From Cladosporium halotolerans (Eukaryota): a DNA stretch of 64,000 nucleotides. The notes under the pieces were generated by a model, which ran no database searches, had not been told where the DNA came from, and was given only the letters and a program-made list of their open reading frames with translations. The stretch covers positions 496,001 through 560,000 of the forward strand of contig NW_027191464.1 of assembly GCF_011745625.1 (NCBI RefSeq), read 5' to 3'. Position 1 is the stretch's first letter, and the number at the start of each line of letters is the position of its first letter. Both the position numbers and the translations under genes were made by a program. Positions 38,176-50,100 of this stretch are shown in pieces.

Positions 38176-38880
38176 GGTGAGTGGGTGACGCTGGTTGCGT
38201 AATTGGCGATTGGGTGTGGCGGTGTCGCGATGAAGCTTTGGTGTGCACCGCAGCCATGTGTTCGTGGGAAGAAGCTTGATTGCCCTAACCCTAACCCTTG
38301 TTACCCTTGCGACTTGCGGCCATTCGTCCCTCATGTGTTCGGGAATCCTGTACTCAGTGTTTGACGACCACAGACGGTCGTTACTTGGGATGCAGCATAT
38401 TCGAAGTATTTCTGACCGAATCTGAAGTTGGCCCGAGTGTCTTTCGGGTCCGGCTCTAGTATTCGCATTTCAGCACCGAGAACCCGGGCCACCGTCCACC
38501 CAGAAGTTTGGAGGTAGTCCAAATTCGAACCAAATGTGGCTTAGCAGATGAACTCAGCTGAAACACCTTCATACACTCTCAGTGGCAGACAATCATTATT
38601 CGCTTACAATGCTGCGGATATGAGCATATTGCAGGTTTATCTGAAGCAATTTGAAGCAATTCTGGTGATGTTCTCAATCATTGAAAATGGTGTACTTGTC
38701 GGTCTATGGAGTTCGTGACGTCAGCGGAGCTAGCGGGATCTCCCGCGGCCCCCAAATTTTGGACCCTGCGGTTCCAGGTTGGTCGTCCTCACAACCTGCA
38801 ACGCAGCAATGAAGCCGCGAATGAAGAAAACATTGGCAAAACAAAAACCAGCACATCCTAGGGTGAAAAGATGCAAAAAA

Positions 38881-38973
38881 TGGAGATTGAGGGAATCGAA
38901 CCCTCGGCCTTTCGCAAATCTTTTAAATCGTCGTGGATGCAAAGCGAACGCTCTACCCCTGAGCTAAATCCCC
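38881..38973 (-). tRNA. tRNA-Ala (anticodon TGC) with 21-nt intron
   Basis: GGGGATTTAGCTCAGGGGTAGAGCGTTCGC-TTTGCA-[TCCACGACGATTTAAAAGATT]-TGCGAAAGGCCGAGGGTTCGATTCCCTCAATCTCCA; G3:U70 Ala determinant; 72-nt mature length; T6 Pol III terminator directly downstream. Confidence 0.95.
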
Positions 38974-39268
38974 GATCAATAAAGACATTTTTGATTGTCA
39001 ATCTCTAATCTACAACATACATATACACCCACCCGCATCCTCTGAAAGATCTAAAGAATATTCAATCTCGATATCATCCTCCGTAGCTCTTCACATCCAC
39101 GGCGAGGTACCTTGCCTTACCTGAATCTATCCGGAGTGAAGCACACCACGGTTACCTGAGCTTACAAGTTTTGCCTGCCTCGAGGTCTTCGGTGAAAATT
39201 GACTTCACATTGCTCTGACGATGTCCAGGAAGAACGTCTCAATCGTGGAAGGACTGTCTACAATCATT

Positions 39269-40150
39269 CTAATCGATCTTCGCAACCTCTTCCAACAGCG
39301 CGTTCGCAGCCAGCTTGCCCAAATTGTTCGACGCCAGCGGCGAGTCGCCCGTCAGGACGTACCTATCGCGGTGCGTCTGACCGGTGATGCCTTTGTTGAG
39401 CAGCTCAATGCCGTTCTCGCGGAGTTTCTCACCTACGAGCCAAGGCATCTTGCCAGGGATATATCCAATGTCGATGTTGGGTCCCTTATCGAGCGAGTCG
39501 GGGAAAACGACAATCTTGTACCCTTCGTAGATGGACTCGCTGCCCTGCGGTGTCCCGACCTTGGCCGCGATCATGCAGGCAGGACCATGGCAAAGGGAAA
39601 TGAAGAAGCGCTTGTGCTCGTCGGCCCAGCGCAGAACACTGCCAACCGTCTTCGAGAATGGAATGTCGTTCATGACGCCGTGACCACCGGGAACGAAGAC
39701 CCCGATGTATGGGGTCTCGTTGGTGAAGCCGTTGCCCCAGACTTCTTCCAGGTTGAGCGGCTTGCGAAGCTTCTGCTTGTACTTCTCGTAGATATTTTTG
39801 ACAGCATCATCCTCCTTCGGGAAAGCCCACATCTCGAGCTTCACGGGGTCGCCCGACAGTGTGGCAATGTCGACGTCGAAGCCGGCGGCGTCCAGGTGTA
39901 GGACAGGGAGCAGCGTTTCAACGGGGTGATTCCCGGTCGAAAAAAATTCGCCGCCATCCATGCGCAGGTAGCGCTCTTGGGTTGCAATGAGGAGGATCTT
40001 CCATTTGCCGCCCGTGTAGCGGTTGGGGTAGTCGGCACTGTCGAAATCCGTCTTTGACGGCACGTACTGCGTGAGCGAGAACGGTGAAGGAAACCAGGCA
40101 TCGTCCTCGGCCTGATCAGCAACGGGCTTGCGGTCTGATGAGTTCGACAT
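39269..40150 (-). CDS. hchA: Bacterial-type Hsp31/HchA glyoxalase III (DJ-1/PfpI superfamily), intronless
   Basis: AEDDAWFPSPFSLTQY N-terminal extension, FSTGNHPVETLLP, VFVPGGHG, ISLCHGPA, LTGDSPLASNNLGKLAA, matching recalled E. coli HchA motifs. Confidence 0.88.
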   Translation of the reverse strand: MSNSSDRKPVADQAEDDAWFPSPFSLTQYVPSKTDFDSADYPNRYTGGKWKILLIATQERYLRMDGGEFFSTGNHPVETLLPVLHLDAAGFDVDIATLSGDPVKLEMWAFPKEDDAVKNIYEKYKQKLRKPLNLEEVWGNGFTNETPYIGVFVPGGHGVMNDIPFSKTVGSVLRWADEHKRFFISLCHGPACMIAAKVGTPQGSESIYEGYKIVVFPDSLDKGPNIDIGYIPGKMPWLVGEKLRENGIELLNKGITGQTHRDRYVLTGDSPLASNNLGKLAANALLEEVAKID

Positions 40151-40747
40151 GGCGTATGGTGGTTTTGCTCTACTTGATTGCAGTGGCTGGAATGTACGTC
40201 CAGTTTGGATGTGAGAATAAAAGATCGCTCATCATGGACACCTAATCGACACCTTTTATAGCCTGACAGCTTTCTGATAGAGTTTGGTAGCTGGAGCTGC
40301 CCTCCGGTGTAACTCAACGCTAGGTGGGATGCACAGCCTCTATACTTTGGGTATTGTGGGGACCTGACGTCTGCTGTGCCAGCGATCTTCGAAGTACTGT
40401 ATCCCAAGCACCACCGAATGATAACATGTGACGATGCCTAACAGCTCGGTGGACCTGGATGTTCGTGGCCTTTGTGTGCACGTGCATTCTTGCAAAGCAG
40501 CGCAGCTCAGACCCCCACGAGTGGGGATGCTGTTGCGATTCACGTGTCAAGCGCGCGATTGGAAGCCAACAAACCGCCACTCTAGGTCACCAACCAATCA
40601 AGAGCTCTGCGGGAGTGCGCGGAACTTGGTCTCAGTGTTAATAGCACAAGTAGGATGTCAAGACGACTGAAAGCAAGACGACTGAAAGCATTCGAGAACT
40701 TTCAATGGTTATTGGGCGGATGTGTCTGCATGTCCAATCCTGCATTA

Positions 40748-42667
40748 CTAAGCACCGCTCTGGCTTTCTTTCCTCTTCACTTCTGGGCTTTGGCCTCTGG
40801 ACCGACCCTCGGTGGGACTCATCATCCCGCCGCTCCTGACACTCAAAGTTGTACTGCCTCGTCTGCTCGTGGCTCCGCCAGATTCTGCTTCCCTTTCTAA
40901 GAACTCGCTCCAAAGTTCGGCCAGTGTTTCTCTGCTCGCGCCTCCAGGGCTCTCAGGAACGAATTCGCCCAATGCAGGAGTAGAAGGCGTGCGCCTGAAG
41001 GGGCTGACAGGAACTCGCAAAGATCCAACCCCAGTACCCTGGCGAAGTAGGCCTGCTTGCTCCTTTTGCTGCTCGTTCCAGCCGAGGAGTGCGGAGATAA
41101 GCTGTAGTACCTGAAACTTCTTAGGGTCGCTCCGGTCGAGAGCGAGGAAGTGGAGGAAGTGATTGGTGACCAACTGACGATCGACATTGTCCTCTGGTTT
41201 GCCCCGTTTGAGGAAGCGCAATGCCTTGGTCAGGTGGTCATTCAAAATCACTGCCTCGTGCCTCAGCTTGCCAATGAGCAAATTTTTTTCCTTGACCTCT
41301 TTCTCAAACGGCAAAGCGCGCTCAAGCTCCTTCTGTGTCGTTTCCAGCTGCGATTTCAGCTCTGCTGAGCTATCTTCAGCACCCTTCACTTGTTTTCGCA
41401 GCTCCTCAAGCTGGGCTTGCGATTGTTCCACCAATTCGCGGAGCTCACGTTTGCGCTCTTCTTGCACGTCACGTAATGCGCGTTGGAGACCATCCACTGT
41501 AGATCCCTGGGTGTCCACTTCGTTTCTCATCCGTTCGAGAGCTTCCCGTTGGCCGTTCATCTGCTCTTCAAGCTCTTGGGCTCGTTCGTCCGCTCCCTCC
41601 CGCCGCGAACGTTCTTCCGTAGCCAAGATCTCCCAATCTTGCATGGCCTGTCTGGCAACCTCGTACTCTTCGCGCACATATGCTTCGCGAGAGATGAGAT
41701 CATCGCGCTCTTTCGCCCAGTTTGTAGTAGAGAGGTTCGTTCGGGAACGAAGCGTTTCCACCTCAGAAGCTTGCGACTCAAGCTGGGAGTTCAGCTCAGT
41801 TATTGAGGATTGCAATTTCTCGTTCTCTCCAACAGCGACGGAATGTTCTTGCTCCAGCTCCTCAATGCGCCCACGAGCGGTCTCGAGCTCCTCGGCATCT
41901 GCCTTTAGGCGCTCTCCAAGCTGTGAGCGAATTGTGTTGACCTTGCTCAGCAAATTGCGATATTGCGTCTCAGCTTCTTCTTTTTCTTCTTGCGACCTTT
42001 CAAGCTCTTGCTGGACTCCAGAAACCTCTTCGCTGTGCTTCGTCTGCAACTTTTCGAGCGACTCTCGTAGTTGAGTGACTTCGGCGCGAAGATTGTCTCG
42101 CTCTTGTTGCATAGCGTCGAGCCGGCTCGTCGCATCTGCGTTACCCGTAAGGTTTTGCGAGGAGATTGCTTCATCTTTCGAACTATCCTGGGCGATCCGT
42201 GTGTCGTCTGGCTCGTCTTGTGATCGCTGTGCTCCGTTCTGTGCGGGTCGCTCTTTCGTTCCTTGCACAGGTGAGGACGGCTCGGGCGGCGAAGATGGCA
42301 TGTGCAGAGTGTCTTCGTTCTTCAACTGCTCCTGACGCGACGCAACCTAAACCATCGTCAGTGCTGATTCCCGTGTCCTTTGGTATGTCGACCGACCGTA
42401 GGTGTCTCAGGCCCTTCCTCCTCGTCATCCTCCTCTTCATCCGCGCCCGCAGGCTGATCTTTTACACCATTGGCTCCAACACTGTCACCGCCTTCCTGTG
42501 CCTTGCCATTCGCCTTCTTCTTGTTATTCTTCTTTCTTTTCTTTGCGGCTACATGATGCCGCGTCAGCCGAGTCCTATGTGTAAAGCTGGTGTCGCAACG
42601 CTGATGGTTGCGGGCGATTCATCTTACCTGACTTGCTTATTGAATCCGAAGCATTGGTAGCTGACAT
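40748..42667 (-). CDS. RUD3: Golgi matrix coiled-coil protein with GRAB domain (Rud3/GMAP-210 family), 3 exons
   Basis: Long coiled coil, KLRHEAVILNDHLTKALRFL, NVDRQLVTNHFLHFL, KKFQVLQLISALLGW, LAELWSEFLERE; two 5' introns near 42627-42549 and 42396-42347. Confidence 0.85.
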
Positions 42668-43014
42668 GATCGGAAAATATCAACAGACACGTCTTTCGTG
42701 GACCAATCTGTGGATGTCATGTACAATCTGGCATCTTGAACCGGTACGCTGGCCTGAGGCACCCGCGCTAGTGAACCTTAGCGGATTGCGTAACGCAAGC
42801 AAGCGAGGGCAAGGATTGAAGATAGATCACAACACCTCACTTCACGCGGTCGCTCGTGAGCGCATGGGCAAGCTTTCAGAGCAGAGTAGGAAGCTTGGTT
42901 CAAACACTGATACGCACTGATCTCAAACCAATTCCAAGAGCAGCTCTCTTTTGGCCTATCTAGGCGACCACAACTCATTATTGGATTGCCTTGCTCGTCT
43001 CTGCATAACACAAA

Positions 43015-44207
43015 CTAATCTTCTTGCATCAACGATAGGAGATTGTTCTCCTGCACGAAGTCTTCCCAAGTCTTCAATTTCAAGCCAGGGAGCTTCACAT
43101 CCATTAGCAGATTTCTTCCGACATGCAGCTTGGACTTTTCGATTACCTTGCTCGCCTGTACGAAAGCAGAATCATCATATATCATGCCAGTGCCTTCGAA
43201 GATCATCAGCTGCTCGGTGAAATCGAGAGCAGTGACAGGTCCCATTTTGGCCTCGAGGCTCTCCCGGAAGACTTTCTCGGATGTCTGCTCGTATCGCACG
43301 GAGATGCCGTAGGCTACGACCCTAACATCAGCTTCCGTATTCCCTACGAGCCCATCATGATCGCTTCTTACCTGATTCGAGAACCTTCAATTTATCAATC
43401 TCGCCAATACTTTGGGAGTTGAATGCGATGGTCCGCTTGTGGTACTCGTAGCCACATTCGATCAGGTATTTGACCAGTTTGCCGGTGTCGGAGATCGCAG
43501 CGTTTGGCAGACTCGTTTTGCCGTTGAGGCAGAACGAGCGTAGGTAGGTACCATCGCTTTGCTAACCTTCATGTTAGCGATCGGAGGAAGCACTCTGATC
43601 AAGGACCGCTCAAGACCCACCTCCCTCGGTAGATAGACGCCCGGGTTTGTCACGCAATTTTCGAAGTAGTTCGGAAACAGGATCTCGATCGTCTTCCCCC
43701 AAAGTCTCGGCTTTGAGTCGCGGATGTACTTCGCCACGGCCGCTTTGCTCTGCCAGTGGAATATGTTCGAGTACTTGCCGGCAGAAAGCGCTCTGCCGTC
43801 TGGCAATGAGGCCCAAACAAAGTGTTCCAGCTGAGGAAGGCCATTCGCTATGTTCGCAATGGCTTTACCTTGCTCGGTCTCAACATCCGCCGACATGCTT
43901 TGCCAGAAATCTGTCATTGCGTAGATGCTGTGGGCGCCCTCGAACGCCCGCTCTAGGCTGATGGCATCGCCTACATCAGCCTGCACGACTTCGACGCCTT
44001 GCGCGGCCAGGCCTTTACTCTTGTTGGAGTTGATATCTCTAGTCAGACCTCGGATGTGGTACTTCTCTGGGTCTGCGAGTAGTGACTGAACGACTGAGCC
44101 GCCCTGACAAATTCGATTAGTTTGGCGATCGTTTGGTATTGAAGCAGACGGTATACCTGTTGGCCGGTCGCACCAAGTACGGCAACGATCTTCTTTTCCA
44201 TTGTCAT
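43015..44207 (-). CDS. NmrA-like NAD(P)-binding Rossmann protein, 4 exons
   Basis: KKIVAVLGATGQQGGSV, IRGLTRD, GVEVVQAD, AFEGAHSIYAMTDFW, EQGKAIA, HFVWASLP, HWQSKA; three GT-AG introns; start could be 44201. Confidence 0.85.
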
Positions 44208-45166
44208 TGCGATCTCGAGAAGTGATTAAAGTATATGCGCGGAAATTGATGGCTGCTTGTCCAGTACTCCGACCGATTCTCTGTCAAATATATGGGCTTT
44301 TTCGACACGTCTCAAATAAACCCACGTCTCGAATTCTTCGTGCGTCGGATGCTACGCAGTTCCGGCTCCTGGCAATAGACGATCGAAGCGTTTGCTCTGA
44401 ACAAATCACAATGCTCCGTCTGACGTACAAAGACGGAATCACTTCCAGTCGCAACAGGTAAAGCCCCACTCTCTTACCAATCGCAATTTCTGGGCGCGGC
44501 GTCTCCAGAGATGATCCGGATCGCGGATTCACAACTTTGCCATCGTGGCTGAACGTAAAATCTGGCTTGGGAGATGTCATAATTCGATACGCTTGCACAG
44601 TAGCTCATTTCAATTTCGATGGTATCTCAAACTGATGTTACATTCAGAGTATGTGAATAATAGTGCGGGTGGCTTTGCCTTGTTACTCTGGTCCTCAGTG
44701 GTCGGACCGACGCCGACCAACGGTGTTACCGACCTCTCACGTTGCGATCATACCAGTTTGACAAAGGGAGGCTCCGCCCGTTCTTCTTGAATATTCATCA
44801 GCCTAACGTAAGTAGTGAGCCTCTTGGTCTGGCCTTGGCAATTGGATAGAACGATGTCAAAGGACATTCGGGGTTTCGCTCGATCCCGAAAGCTTCAACT
44901 CCCTCGCTCTGCCTTTCCACTTCCGGACCGCCAAGCGCGAGCTGGTAGACGACGGTCGATGGAGCACTTCACAACATCGCCATTTCTATTCCGATGGGCA
45001 ATGTCACGGTCGAAGAGATCAACGAGTCTCGCCTTCGGGTCATTCTGGGTGTCCGCGAGATGCAACGCGCGAGTTGAGAGAATCGATTATAAATGAGAGA
45101 TACCCGACTTTCAAGATCCAACAACAACCCTTTTTCTCAATCTTGATATATCAATCTGCTTTCACC

Positions 45167-46563
45167 ATGACACAGACTCCCACACTTAAGGTCATGATTT
45201 GCGGTGCAGGCATAGCTGGCCTATGCGCTGGCATCGCCCTAGCAAAACAAGGCCACCAAGTCATCATCCTCGAACGAGCGCAAGCTCTCTCTCCCGCAGG
45301 TGCAGGCATCCATCTACCGCCCAACGCAACCCTTCTGCTCAAGGAATGGAACATCCTTGACAAGCTCGCTGGCAAGGCAGTCGTTCCTGCGGGCTTTGTC
45401 TTTAGACGTTATGCTGATAGTTCGGTTCTCGCGAGAGCCGCGGAGAGGAAGAAGCAGGACGGAACGGGGACGGGAACACCGTAGGTCGATTGGACGGCCT
45501 GCGTCACGAGTTGATGGCTGACAAAGCGCTTAGGTACTGGTCTGTCAAGCGCTCTGACTACCAGGAAGTTCTACACGAGGCTGCTCTCGAAGCGGGCTGC
45601 GAGCTTCGCCTGGGCCAGAAAATCGCAGGCATCGACGAGGATGCTCCCGGTGTAGAACTCCAGTCTGGAGATGTTGTTCGCGGAGACCTCGTCGTCATCG
45701 CTGACGGTGATATCGCCCCCAATTCCTCTCTCCATCGAACTAAGCTGACTGGCAGCATTCTAGGCATCAAATCCGCTCTCCGCCAACTCATTCTCCCCTC
45801 CCAAGACGTCTCAGCCATCTCCCACCCCCTCTCCACCTACCGCGCCTGGGCACCCCTCGAGGCCCTAAACTCAGACCCCAACGTGGCTTCCCTCCTCAAG
45901 CAACCAGCAACGAACATCTGGCTCGGCCCCGCCCGCCACATGATCACCTACCCCGCCTCCAACAACACCATCCTCGCCATCAACGGCACCTACCCCTCCC
46001 GCAACGACTCCGCCGGCGAATGGAACCACGCCGCCAGCGTCGCCGAAATCCAGCGGCGCTTCCACGACTTCGACCCCGTCGCCAAGGCCATCCTCGCGCA
46101 CGCCCGCGACTGCAAGGCCTGGGCTCTCGCCGAGGTCCCGCGCCTGCCGCGCTGGCGCTCGCAGAGCGGCAGAGTCGTCTTGCTCGGCGACGCGGCGCAC
46201 GGCATGCTGCAGTTCCTGGCGCAGGGGGCGGCGATGGCGACGGAGGACGCGGGGGCGCTGGCGGAGAGTTTGGCGGGGGTGAAGGGGCGGGAGGAGGTGC
46301 CGAGGGCGATGTGGATCTATGAGCGGAGTCGGCGGTGGAGGTGTGAGAGGGTGCAGGCGCAGGCGAGGCGGAATGGAGATTTTATCCATATGTTCGATGG
46401 TGAGGAGCAGGAGTGTAGGGATCGGAAGTTGAAGGGCGAGGCGAGGGAGGGGGACTGGGAGGTTGATTGTGGTCCGTTGATGGATCCGACGTTCACGCAG
46501 TGGTTGTATGGGCATGATACGATTCCGCATGTGCGGAAGGTGAGGGCTGCCGCGGAAGTGTGA
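45167..46563 (+). CDS. FAD-dependent monooxygenase (salicylate hydroxylase-like, group A), 3 exons
   Basis: GAGIAGL dinucleotide motif, GAGIHLPPN, ADGIKS (after removing intron 45707-45763), VLLGDAAHGMLQFLAQGAAMATED; intron 45481-45533. Confidence 0.9.
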
Positions 46564-47128
46564 GTTGCTTTGAGGGAGGAGAGGGTCGTGAGTTCTGTGT
46601 TGAAGTAGACATGCACAATGCTGATGTAAGAAAAGAAAGAAATCGCAAAGTAGTCACATAATGCAAACCGTTTTGTTCAATTGCCCCTAAAGTTCGTATC
46701 TCGCTCAAACTTAAGATACAAGAGGGCCCGAGTAACTAGAGCAGAAGACGGGACAGACCGGAGACGGACGACGCAATCAGCCAAATACCGATCCGCCTCG
46801 AATCGCCCGCGAACCCGCTCGCCAGCCATGCTGGCATCTCTTCTGAAAGTCAACGAAACGCCATCGGCCAGGATATCTTCGCTATGCGCCCCTTTCGAGT
46901 ACCCGCCACGTTCCTGAGGGAGGAGCACAAAAACTTGGAAAGAAAAAGAGGCGCTGGAAGCTGTTGTGAAGCTTTCAACAGGGCAATAGCCCGACCTCTC
47001 TGTCGGCACTCGGAGTATGGGCCAGGTCGTCGTCGCTGGGCATGTCAAATGCCCAACGCTTCAGCCTCCCAGTTCACCCAACCCTGTCCTTGGCCAGCAC
47101 CTTTGCTCAGCTCAATGTCTTTGTCGAG

Positions 47129-50100
47129 TCAAAGCTCGTCATCATCAATCTCGCTGGGCTTGAGCAGACCGCCAACCTTCATGGCGCGAGAACGCTCCAT
47201 CTCCTTGGCATCTTGAGCCGCCTTCTCGCGATCCTCGGTGAAAAGCTCGGCGTTGTCGCCAGCAAACTCCTTGAGGGAGACGAGGAAGTCACGGAGGATG
47301 AGCTTGAACTTGGGCAGATCCTCGGTGCTGTCAAAAAGGCTAGAGATGAAGGAGGTGATCTGCGGCGCCTGCAGGTTGGGGAAGGCATTCGAGAGCAGGT
47401 TGGCCACGAAGTTCTGAAGGAAGTCCTTGTTCGACATGCCAGGGGTGCCAGCATCCTCAGTGTATATCGGGCCCTGAATCTTGCCAGTGCCAACGAGCCA
47501 GAACATGCGGGCTAGCAGCATAGACTGGTACTTGAAGCCAGCCTTGTGGTCGGAGTCCGTAAGGACGAAAAACACGTCCTGAAGGATGGTGGTGTAGAAG
47601 CTTTGGAAGAAAGCGTTGCAAGTCTCCGGGTTGGTATGCTCGGCCATGTTGCTGATCAACTCGATGCACATGTTGAGACCTTCACCCTCGACAGCGCGGT
47701 TGTCGTGCTTCGAGGCCCACATGCAGCTGTCGATGACGAGCTTGAAGTGAGCCTGGTCAAGAGTGAGAAGAGCAGGGAAACAGCGCTGGTTAATCTGGCG
47801 CAACAGCTTGAAGAACTCCACACGGTGCTCGGGGTATTCCGAGAAGTCCTTGTTGATCATGTCCAAAGTGCACTCGAAGATGGCGTCGAGAATAGGCGGT
47901 ACCTGCTCGGTCATCATGCCCTGTAAAACTGCATTAGCCGATGTCGATGCGATGGGCGCCATATTGCGCACCATTGAATATCTACTAGTATGTGGAGTCC
48001 AACGTACCTGAAGCTTGTTGATCAACACGGTGATGACCGCAAGCACTTCCGCCTCACGGGCGTCCGGCACGTTCCTCTTGTAGTCAAGCAGGACGGCTTC
48101 GAGGAGGGGCGGAACGACCGTCTGGTGAATCATCTCCTGATCATCAGCCTTCTCCACATAGGTGGTGATGAGCTTCAAAATCTCCTTCTTGATGGTCCTC
48201 AGACCTCGGACCTTGGGCATCTTGGTAGCGATATTGCCGTCTCTCTGGACAGCCTCGTCAATCAGCGAAGAGGCGGCGCGGTACATGGTGAGCATGTCAA
48301 CGTAAATGCGACCAATCTGCGGGTAGAAGTAGCTGCCGATCGAACTGCAAGCCGCAACGTTGGTCTTCATGATGTTGCCGATGATCTTGATGGTGTCACC
48401 GTCCTGGAGAATGTTGGGGTCCTGGCGCGCGGCCTCAATGATCTGATCCCAGGCCTGGTTGGGAAGAGACATGAGCTCGCCGATCAGACGCTCTTGTGTG
48501 TTCTTGGCGCCCTGTGCGCTGATCATGTAACCGCAGGCTTCATAGAAGGTGTGGATTTGCTGAGGAGACAGATCGCAAGTGATCTTTCTCATGGTACGAA
48601 CAATCTCGTCGATGAAGGCCTCAGACTCGCCGGGCTGCTGGATGACGAAGTGACGCTTGCACTTGTTAGCAATCTTGATGAAAGTATCACAAGCCATGTC
48701 CTGGACACCCTCGTGAGTCTCGTGCATGAACTCAAACAGCTTGTTAACGACTGTCTTGAGGAACTTCCAGTGCGCCTTGAGGAAGCGCGGGTATTGGCCG
48801 ACGATGTACATGATGTTGGAGGCGACGACAGCCTTGTTGTCTTTGCCACGCTTCATCTCGGTCAGGCCGAGGAGATCCTTGATGACGGTCACGAGGAAGC
48901 GCTTCTCCGTCTCCTCGTTCATAGCACCAGAAATGGAACCGATAGCCCAGCAAAGAGTGTTGCAGTTCGCCCAGCTCCATTCCGTGCCATCCACCTGTCT
49001 TGCCAGCTTCTCCGACATGATCTGTTCGGTATCGACGACATCCAAATGCGTAAGGAAGACCAGGCACTCTCTTGTGGTCTTGTAAAGCTGAATAGTGTCT
49101 GACTCCTTGACGAACTCTCTCACAATCTCACCCTCATCGTTCTCAACAATCAAGACTTCCTCCGGGCGAACCATCTTCTCGATCATGACCTGCCTCAGGT
49201 TCGAGAGCACGTCGGTGTACTTATGTTTTCTCAGAGGGTAGTTGGCCATGGTGGTAGGGTTAGGCGCGCCACCGTTAGCAAGTCCGCCAACGCCCATGCT
49301 GACAAGGGGGTTCATGTCTGTAATAGGCAGCTGCTGCATTTCATCATACAGCTCGCAAACCAGTTTTGTCCAGTACTCCAGGCAGATCTTGAAGATCTCA
49401 CGGTCCTCGATCTGGCTGATGCGGATGAGGTAGAAGTGGCCGTGAAGGAGGAAATCGCGGTTGGGAAGGGCTTCGATGACGGGGAGGTGGTTGCTGAAAA
49501 AGTTGCAGAGGAAGAGGGCGAGGTTTTGCACGAACTCCTGGTCCTTGCTGTTTGACGAGGCGTATGTGGTCTTGAGGTCGAGAGACAGAGGAATGATGTT
49601 CGAGATGGTAGTGAGAGTCTCCGTGAACATCTGTACAAGCTTCTCGTCCCAGTTGTGCTCGGTCTGCAAGCTACCAATCTCAGTCAGACACTTGAGGGTA
49701 ATGTTTCTGAACTCGGGTGTCTCCAGGAAACGGCTGCGCAGAATCTCGATCAGCGACGCGCCGCTTGGGGGAGTCTCGAAGATGTAGCCGAGAGGGATCC
49801 AGTTCAAGAAACGCAGCAGAGTCTCAAGGGTAGCCTTGATCAAGCTCGGAAGGTCGGCGGTGCGCAGGATCTCGGAGCAGAGGTTGTAGATGCTGGTGAA
49901 CTCGTCGCACATGCTTTGCTTAAGCTGTCTTGTCTTGGTGGAAGTCATCTGTTCCGCAGAGAAATCAAATACCTCTTCCGACAGCAAACGAAGGATGGCC
50001 ATGTTGTTTTCGCAAATGGGCAGGCTGCTCCTGCAGCTGGAGATGATCTCGTTGATGAATGTCGGCCAGTTGTGCGGCCACTCCTGCTTCAGAATACTGA

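Noticed and set aside
38283..38297. Interstitial telomere or chromosome-fusion scar
   Set aside because: Only 2.5 CCCTAA units and no subtelomeric context
40659..40688. 15-bp tandem duplication CAAGACGACTGAAAG as a transposon footprint
   Set aside because: No element remnants; simple slippage in a 3' flank is sufficient (similar short duplications near 13830, 56450 and 60484)
43015..46563. Secondary-metabolite biosynthetic cluster
   Set aside because: No PKS, NRPS, terpene synthase or pathway-specific transcription factor in the window
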